Below, in pieces: positions 36,159 to 41,838 of a stretch of DNA of 41,838 bases. A program made the position numbers and the translations under genes. The notes beneath the pieces were generated by a model. It worked only from the letters and a program-made list of their open reading frames with translations. It was not told the DNA's origin and ran no database searches. The stretch's first letter is position 1. Every line of letters begins with the position of its first letter. The stretch comes from Fidelibacterota bacterium CG1_02_48_14 (GTDB lineage Bacteria; Fidelibacterota; UBA8477), in assembly GCA_001872685.1 (NCBI GenBank), contig MNWS01000079.1:575-42412 (forward strand), given 5' to 3'.

Positions 36159-36524
36159 ATGGCCAAGGTTTTAATTGTTGATGATGAGAGTTTCTTCTCA
36201 CAACCCATCAAGCTGTTTTTGGAGCGCGCCGGACATGAAGTGAGCGTGGCCAGCGATGGAATGGAAGGTCTTAACAAAGCACGCGAAGAACATCCGGATG
36301 TTATTCTGATGGACCTGATGCTACCGGCAATCAATGGTTACCAGGTTTGTCGCATGCTGAAGTTTGACGAAGAGTTTCGAGATATTCCCATCATTATTTG
36401 TTCAGCCAAAGATACTGAAAAAGATCATGAGATGGGGAAACAGAGCGGCGCGGACGAGTATGTTACGAAGCCCATTAGTCCCATCGAACTTGTAAAAATT
36501 ATCGAAAACCACTTACCCAAATAG
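36159..36524 (+). CDS. Single-domain CheY-like response regulator (PilG/PilH-like by position)
   Basis: Canonical receiver residues: LIVDDE, VILMDLMLP, ICSAKD, VTKP. Confidence 0.9.
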   Translation: MAKVLIVDDESFFSQPIKLFLERAGHEVSVASDGMEGLNKAREEHPDVILMDLMLPAINGYQVCRMLKFDEEFRDIPIIICSAKDTEKDHEMGKQSGADEYVTKPISPIELVKIIENHLPK

Positions 36525-36532
36525 GGGACGTT

Positions 36533-37306
36533 ATGTCTCCCATAGAACTGGCAATCATTGGAATATTCGGTCTTTGGATCGGATGGCTGATTGATTGGAT
36601 AGTGAATCAAATGCCCAGGGAGGATCACTGGCATAACCCGGGTGTTTGCCCGAATTGTGGCGAAAAGCATCAGAACTGGCTTCGATGGATTCCGATTCTG
36701 CGCCATGTGGGGCGGGAGAAATGCCCTGGGTGTGACCACCTTTACGGTCGTCGCGGATTCATCATTGAACTCGTAACGGCGGTTTCAATCCTGGTGATCG
36801 CCCAAGTATTTGGCTGGTCCTGGATGATGCTCTGGTACATCCTGACCGTCATTATTTTGGTCCCCATCGCCACGATTGATATTGAATTCCAGATTATACC
36901 GGATTCACTGCTCTTGTTCGGGTTGATTCCCCTGGCGGGATTGTGGATTACGAATTACAGCAGTGAATTACTGACCTTCATCATCGGCGGACTCGTTTTA
37001 GGTTTGGGGCTACTGACGGTTTCCATCGTCGGCCGGTGGATCTACAAACAGGATGTGATGGGCTTTGGTGATGTGAAATTTGTAGCCTGGATGGGACTCA
37101 TTTTAGGATGGAAAATTGGCCTGGTTGCTTTGGGACTGGGATTTCTTCTCGCAACAGCGGTCTTTCTGGTGTTGATGCCACTGGGTAAGGTTCGGTTGAA
37201 ACAGGAAGTTCCATTTGGGCCGTTTTTAGTCGGAGGTATGTTCTTAGGAATGGTTTACGGACGCACGCTCCTGGACTGGTATCTCAATAATTTTGTATAT
37301 ATTTAA
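36533..37306 (+). CDS. pilD: Prepilin peptidase / N-methyltransferase PilD (A24 family)
   Basis: An N-terminal CPNC...CPGC zinc-finger region, the first Asp motif in IATIDIEFQIIPD and the second in GFGDVKF. The protein is polytopic. Confidence 0.92.
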   Translation: MSPIELAIIGIFGLWIGWLIDWIVNQMPREDHWHNPGVCPNCGEKHQNWLRWIPILRHVGREKCPGCDHLYGRRGFIIELVTAVSILVIAQVFGWSWMMLWYILTVIILVPIATIDIEFQIIPDSLLLFGLIPLAGLWITNYSSELLTFIIGGLVLGLGLLTVSIVGRWIYKQDVMGFGDVKFVAWMGLILGWKIGLVALGLGFLLATAVFLVLMPLGKVRLKQEVPFGPFLVGGMFLGMVYGRTLLDWYLNNFVYI

Positions 37307-37380
37307 CCAACCCTCAGTGCGCACGATCGGGATAACTAACATCCAGGTATGAACACTGAGTAACCTTATAGACCTACATT

Positions 37381-39051
37381 ATGGCAAAAAAGCAACAGAT
37401 AGGTGAGTACTTAGTCGAGACCGGTAAATTGACCGCCCTGCAGGTTGAAGATGCTCTGCAATACCGGAAGGACCACAATATTTACTTTGGCAAGGCTGTG
37501 GTTCAACTGGGCTACATTGGCGAAGATGACATGGCGAAGGCGCTGAGCGATTATCTTCGATTACCCTATTTAAAACTGGGTCGGTATTCCATTGATAACG
37601 ACGTCCTGAAAACCGTTCCCGAAGCTCTCGCCAAAAAATACAATATCTTACCCATTTTTGCCCTGGATGATTCACTCACGATTGCCACAGCCGATCCTTT
37701 GGATGTGGATATGGTGGATGATGTAACTGCTACAACCGGCATGAATGTCAACCTGGTGATCACGGCCGAATCGGACATCGAACGCAACATTGATCTGTAC
37801 TACAATGCTGCAAAATATCAGGCAAAATCTGAGAATCAAGCTGGTCAGATGGTTGGTCCTCGCGTTATTTCCCAGGAAATTGGTGAAGATCAGTCGGCGA
37901 TTGAGGCGGTTGATTTACTGTTTGAGGAGGCTGTGAGAATCGGCGCCAGTGATATTCATATCGAACCCCGTCAGCGTGATGTGCGCGTTCGGTTCCGTGT
38001 TGATGGCGTCCTGCAGGAGTATTATACCCTGCCGAAAGCCTCTATTGCGCCGGTTGTCTCGCGCACAAAAATTCTCAGTGGTATGGACATTTCAGAATCC
38101 AGACGTCCTCAGGATGGGCGCTTTCATCTGGAGCTTTTGGATACGAAGGTGGATGTGCGTAGCTCGACCTATCCTACCACCAACGGCGAAAAGATGGTGA
38201 TGCGAATTCTCGATGAGGCTAAAAGTAAAATTGATTTACACAAATTGGGTTTTGCACCAAAAACATTGGAGCGCTGGCGTCACATCATCACAATGCCCAA
38301 CGGTATTGTGTTGGTCTCCGGTCCAACCGGATCTGGTAAAACCACGACCCTGTATGCGACTCTGAATGTTATTAATTCAGTGGAGACGAATATCGTGACC
38401 ATTGAAGATCCGGTGGAGTACCAACTGGATAGTATCAATCAGGCTCAGGTAAATCCCAAAGCCGGCGTGACATTTACCGTAGCGCTACGGTCTATTTTAC
38501 GCCAGGATCCGGACGTGATCATGGTTGGAGAAATTCGTGATCGTGACACCATGGAACTGGCAATCCGATCTGCACTCACCGGCCACCTTGTTTTCAGCAC
38601 GATCCACACCAATGATGCTGCCTCGGGCATCACGCGAATTTTGGATATGGGCATTGATGCTTACCTCGTGAGTTCCACTGTCCGTGGCATCCTTGCTCAA
38701 CGATTGCTGCGCCGACTTTGCCCCCGGTGTAAAAAATCCGTTAAACCTGAAAGAAGTATTTTTGATGCGTTAAAAATTAAAGAAACCGAAATGGTTGGTG
38801 ATTTTTTCTCATCGGTTGGTTGTTTGCATTGTAAAAATACCGGCTTTTTCGGTCGTGAATCTGTCTATGAATTGCTGATACCGGATGAAAAAATCCTCAA
38901 CATGATTAATGAACATAAAACGGTGAATGAGATCAAACGTGCCGCCATCGAGAATGGCATGCAAACGCTGGCACAGTCGGCCTACGAGAAAGCCCAAAGC
39001 GGTGTCACCTCCATGGAAGAAGTCCTGAAAGTAGCCGTATCAATGGTATGA
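37381..39051 (+). CDS. pilB: Type IV pilus assembly ATPase PilB (GspE/MshE family)
   Basis: An N-terminal T2SSE_N/MshEN-like region, Walker A GPTGSGKTTT and the tetracysteine CPRC...CLHC. Confidence 0.93.
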   Translation: MAKKQQIGEYLVETGKLTALQVEDALQYRKDHNIYFGKAVVQLGYIGEDDMAKALSDYLRLPYLKLGRYSIDNDVLKTVPEALAKKYNILPIFALDDSLTIATADPLDVDMVDDVTATTGMNVNLVITAESDIERNIDLYYNAAKYQAKSENQAGQMVGPRVISQEIGEDQSAIEAVDLLFEEAVRIGASDIHIEPRQRDVRVRFRVDGVLQEYYTLPKASIAPVVSRTKILSGMDISESRRPQDGRFHLELLDTKVDVRSSTYPTTNGEKMVMRILDEAKSKIDLHKLGFAPKTLERWRHIITMPNGIVLVSGPTGSGKTTTLYATLNVINSVETNIVTIEDPVEYQLDSINQAQVNPKAGVTFTVALRSILRQDPDVIMVGEIRDRDTMELAIRSALTGHLVFSTIHTNDAASGITRILDMGIDAYLVSSTVRGILAQRLLRRLCPRCKKSVKPERSIFDALKIKETEMVGDFFSSVGCLHCKNTGFFGRESVYELLIPDEKILNMINEHKTVNEIKRAAIENGMQTLAQSAYEKAQSGVTSMEEVLKVAVSMV

Positions 39052-40418
39052 AAGCCCTCCTCTGTACCCATAAAGCCGATTTTGACCTCGATTTTTCCTG
39101 GCTCGAGCAACAGGGAGAGGTCGTTCGAGCTCGGGACTGGACCTCCGTCCTTCAATTTATGGCAATCGAATATTTCGATGTCGTTTTCATGGATGTCCTG
39201 ACGGTAAAAGGTGATTATGCATTGTTCAATCAACGACTGGCAAAATTAAAAAACCTCACGCCAATCATCTACTTCACGCCTGATCTCGCCTTAGACCGGG
39301 AATTTTTTCCGGTACATCCCAATCTCTTTGGTTTCCTGTTTCATCCCGAAGATGGTGAGATCGGGAAAGATTGGTGTCAGCGCATCATGGTGTACCAGAA
39401 ACTCATCCATGATTCGTCAAAGCAAATGCGACCATTTCTGAATCCGCGGGGATTGGGGAGTTTTATTGGAAACCATCCGCAAATGGCGGATCTCTACCGT
39501 TTGCTGATCAGGGCGATTCAGACCGATTACACGATACTGATAACGGGTCCCAGTGGTACCGGGAAAGAGGTTGCCAGTAAAACCATTCACGACCTGAGTG
39601 ACCGCTCGAAGAACCGGTTTGTTTCCATCAATTGTGCCGCAATTCCGGACAATTTGTTGGAGAGCGAGCTTTTTGGCTACGAACCGGGCGCTTTTACCGG
39701 GGCTCAAAAATCCAAACCCGGAAAATTTGAGCTGGCGGATAAGGGAACTCTGTTTTTGGATGAGGTGGGTGATATGCCCCTTCAGCTACAATCAAAATTG
39801 TTGCGGGTTTTGGAGGAACAGCAGGTGGAGCGCCTCGGTAGTTCCGGCACCATTCAGATTAATGTCCGGGTTTTGGCCGCTACCAACAGGAATCTTGCCC
39901 AGAGAGTTGAAAACGGTCAGTTTCGTTCCGATCTCTATTACCGCCTAAATGTCGTTCCTATTCTGCTGCCACCACTGGACCAGCGAAGGTCGGACATTCA
40001 ACTGCTGACCCTTTATTTTTTGGATAAGGTGACCCAGCGGCAGGAGCTGAATTTCAAAGGTGTGGAAGTGGCGGCTTTGGAAGCGCTGCAGGATATTCAT
40101 TTTCCCGGACATGTGCGTGAACTGGAAAACCTGATCACCAGATTGGTTTTCATGTCGGAGGGGCGCAGGCTTTCAGCGCGGGATGTGAGTAATGTCTACA
40201 AACTCACGGCTATGGCGCCATCGGCGGGTGCGAATAAAACGAATGCGCGGGACGAGATCCGACCTCTGTGGGAGATTGAGAAAGAGGCTATCGAGCTTGC
40301 TATGTCCCAGTTGGATGGCAATATTAGTCGCGCCGCTGAAAAACTGGAAATTTCCCGGAATGCCCTCTACCACAAACTGAAGATTTACGGAATCGAAACA
40401 ACAAAAAATCATGCCTGA
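39048..40418 (+). CDS. Sigma-54-dependent transcriptional activator with a degenerate (pseudo-)receiver N-terminus
   Basis: GPSGTGKE, ESELFGYEPGAFTGA and the C-terminal HTH ISRNALYHKLKIYGI. The start overlaps the pilB stop and the stop overlaps the pilC start. Confidence 0.9.
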   Translation: MKALLCTHKADFDLDFSWLEQQGEVVRARDWTSVLQFMAIEYFDVVFMDVLTVKGDYALFNQRLAKLKNLTPIIYFTPDLALDREFFPVHPNLFGFLFHPEDGEIGKDWCQRIMVYQKLIHDSSKQMRPFLNPRGLGSFIGNHPQMADLYRLLIRAIQTDYTILITGPSGTGKEVASKTIHDLSDRSKNRFVSINCAAIPDNLLESELFGYEPGAFTGAQKSKPGKFELADKGTLFLDEVGDMPLQLQSKLLRVLEEQQVERLGSSGTIQINVRVLAATNRNLAQRVENGQFRSDLYYRLNVVPILLPPLDQRRSDIQLLTLYFLDKVTQRQELNFKGVEVAALEALQDIHFPGHVRELENLITRLVFMSEGRRLSARDVSNVYKLTAMAPSAGANKTNARDEIRPLWEIEKEAIELAMSQLDGNISRAAEKLEISRNALYHKLKIYGIETTKNHA

Positions 40419-41631
40419 GTTCAAAGTAAAATTATCAACAGCCGAAGGTGAGATTGTTGAACAATCCATGTCTGCTGATACAAAATTTGAACTTTACGAC
40501 ATTGCGGAATCCAGAAATATGATGGTTCTGAATGTCAAGGAGATTAAATCGAGTTCCGTTGATTTGGATTCGTTTTTCCAGAAATTCCAAAAGCTCAAAC
40601 CAAAAGAACTGGAACAATTCACCTCCCAATTGGCCGCCATGTTGCGAGCAGGTATTACACTCGTTGATAGCCTTGAAACCATCCAGGAACAGGTTGATAA
40701 TAAAAATTTTGCAGCCGCGATCGCCCAAATTATTCTCGATTTGAATAATGGGTCGAGTTTTTCAGATGCCATGGCAAAATTTCCGAATTTTTTCCCTGAA
40801 GTGTATCGTGGCATGGTGATGGCGGGTGAAAAAGCGGGTGTGATGGAACCCATTTTGAAACGGTTGGAAATCTACCTGCATACGGATAATCAAACACAGG
40901 CGCGTATCAAATCCGCCATGCGTTATCCGACTTTCGTTTTCATCGCCCTGACCTTTGCCTTCGTTGCGGTGATGGTTTTTGTGATTCCTCAATTCGCGAA
41001 AATGTTTGAAGCCCAAAAAGTGGAATTGCCATTGCCAACGAAAATCATGCTGGGAACGAGCAGCCTTTTTGCGAAATACTGGTGGTTCACAGGAATTATC
41101 GTCATCGGAGCGGTAATCGGATCAAAAATTTACTTCCGGACACCCTCCGGAAAATATGTCTCCGATGTTCTGAAATTGCATATTCCTGTCCTGAAGCTTT
41201 TAACCAAGAAAAGCCTGGTGGCGCGATTTGCTCAGCTATTGGAAACGCTCAGCCGGTCCGGTATCCAGATCATTGAATCGTTGCAAATTATCACCTTGAC
41301 CCTTGGTAATGCCGTCGTGGCGAAGGAGATCGCTGAAGCCCAGAAGCAGGTTCTGGAAGGTGCCTCTCTGGCGGATGCCTTGAAGGGCAGTCGTATTTTT
41401 CCCAAAATGGTCCTAAAAATGATCAGTGTCGGCGAAAAATCTGGTGCTATGGATGAGATGTTGAGTAAGATTGCTGAACAGTATGATGAGGAATTGAATC
41501 AGACCATCAGCCGACTCTCAGCCATGATCGAACCACTCATGACGGTTGTAATGGGTATTTTTCTACTCATGATTGCTCTGGGAATATTTCTCCCCATGTG
41601 GGGCATTTACGAAAATGCTTTGGCGCCATAG
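40411..41631 (+). CDS. pilC: Type IV pilus platform protein PilC (GspF/T2SSF family)
   Basis: Two T2SSF repeats (LAAMLRAGITLVDSLE and LETLSRSGIQIIESLQ), three TM helices and a length of about 400 aa. Confidence 0.92.
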   Translation: MPEFKVKLSTAEGEIVEQSMSADTKFELYDIAESRNMMVLNVKEIKSSSVDLDSFFQKFQKLKPKELEQFTSQLAAMLRAGITLVDSLETIQEQVDNKNFAAAIAQIILDLNNGSSFSDAMAKFPNFFPEVYRGMVMAGEKAGVMEPILKRLEIYLHTDNQTQARIKSAMRYPTFVFIALTFAFVAVMVFVIPQFAKMFEAQKVELPLPTKIMLGTSSLFAKYWWFTGIIVIGAVIGSKIYFRTPSGKYVSDVLKLHIPVLKLLTKKSLVARFAQLLETLSRSGIQIIESLQIITLTLGNAVVAKEIAEAQKQVLEGASLADALKGSRIFPKMVLKMISVGEKSGAMDEMLSKIAEQYDEELNQTISRLSAMIEPLMTVVMGIFLLMIALGIFLPMWGIYENALAP

Positions 41632-41639
41632 GAGTTCAC

Positions 41640-41777
41640 ATGTCTGCACAAAAACCATCTGAAACCTCATGGAAAGATTGGCTGACCAAAAAACAATTTC
41701 CAGCCTGGATCTACATCATTTTTCTCGTCGTTTGGGCACTGGCAGTTTATTGCTACGTTTACACGCGCACGGGTTGA
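41640..41777 (+). CDS. Candidate 45-aa single-pass membrane protein (below the ORF-track length cut-off)
   Basis: GGAG at 41631-41634 with a 5-nt spacer, then ATG at 41640. It translates to MSAQKPSETSWKDWLTKKQFPAWIYIIFLVVWALAVYCYVYTRTG, with the stop TGA at 41775-41777. Confidence 0.45.
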   Translation: MSAQKPSETSWKDWLTKKQFPAWIYIIFLVVWALAVYCYVYTRTG

Positions 41778-41788
41778 TTCCATTGACC

Positions 41789-41804
41789 GGTGACATATGT
41801 CACC
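41789..41804. promoter_or_regulatory. Perfect 16-bp palindrome GGTGACATATGTCACC
   Basis: Read directly from the sequence. It lies in the non-coding DNA after the last ORF, 34 nt before the window ends. Confidence 0.5.
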
Positions 41805-41838
41805 ACCCTGTACTTTTAATGTCTTGCTCTAAAATGGC

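Noticed and set aside
1-41838. A window-wide look for mobile-element or defence hallmarks (integrase, transposase, terminal inverted repeats, toxin-antitoxin pairs, reverse transcriptase, nuclease/helicase islands)
   Set aside because: None was recognised in any frame. The ExeA-like AAA ATPase resembles TniB-type ATPases only at the Walker-motif level, and its context is clearly a pilus operon.

Overview
This is a gene-dense window (about 90% coding), apparently from a mid-GC bacterium that uses Shine-Dalgarno sites. I could not recognise any rRNA, tRNA, CRISPR array, transposase, integrase, phage gene or known defence system. All functional calls come from reading motifs in the supplied translations; no searches were run.

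Left half (1-24.3 kb), ordinary chromosomal content:
- the 3' end of a FadN-type hydratase gene, a small lipoprotein, a secreted Bcp peroxiredoxin and a PhyH-family dioxygenase
- a serine-palmitoyltransferase-like alpha-oxoamine synthase
- a Ppx/GppA - DUF47 - PiT phosphate module
- a 1122-aa soluble multi-PAS/GAF histidine kinase
- a membrane-anchored metallophosphoesterase
- an SH3b-M48 peptidase next to a CHASE2 class III nucleotidyl cyclase
- a TetR - MMPL/RND - LolA-like - beta-barrel envelope export module
- a membrane-anchored TPR protein

Right half (24.4-41.8 kb), the most interesting part. A regulatory front end (Hpt, REC-GGDEF, NtrC-type sigma-54 response regulator) is followed by a contiguous same-strand type IV filament locus. 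Its order is: ExeA/MshM-like ATPase, a 999-aa PilM-PilN fusion, PilO, a PilP/MshK-like protein, AMIN-PilQ secretin, PilT, PilU, a CheY-like receiver, PilD, PilB, a second sigma-54 activator, PilC, and an unlisted 45-codon membrane ORF.

Unusual features of this locus:
- The PilM-PilN fusion carries a ~430-aa acidic, Pro-rich, disordered cytoplasmic extension that contains a near-perfect in-frame hexanucleotide microsatellite.
- The secretin has a 57-aa Gly/Ala insert.
- The second sigma-54 activator has a degenerate receiver and is translationally coupled between pilB and pilC.
- No pilin gene lies in the window. A perfect 16-bp palindrome sits just before the right edge.

I rank this hybrid MSH/T4aP-like locus, and especially the PilMN extension, as the best candidate for undescribed biology. 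That ranking is inference from sequence alone.
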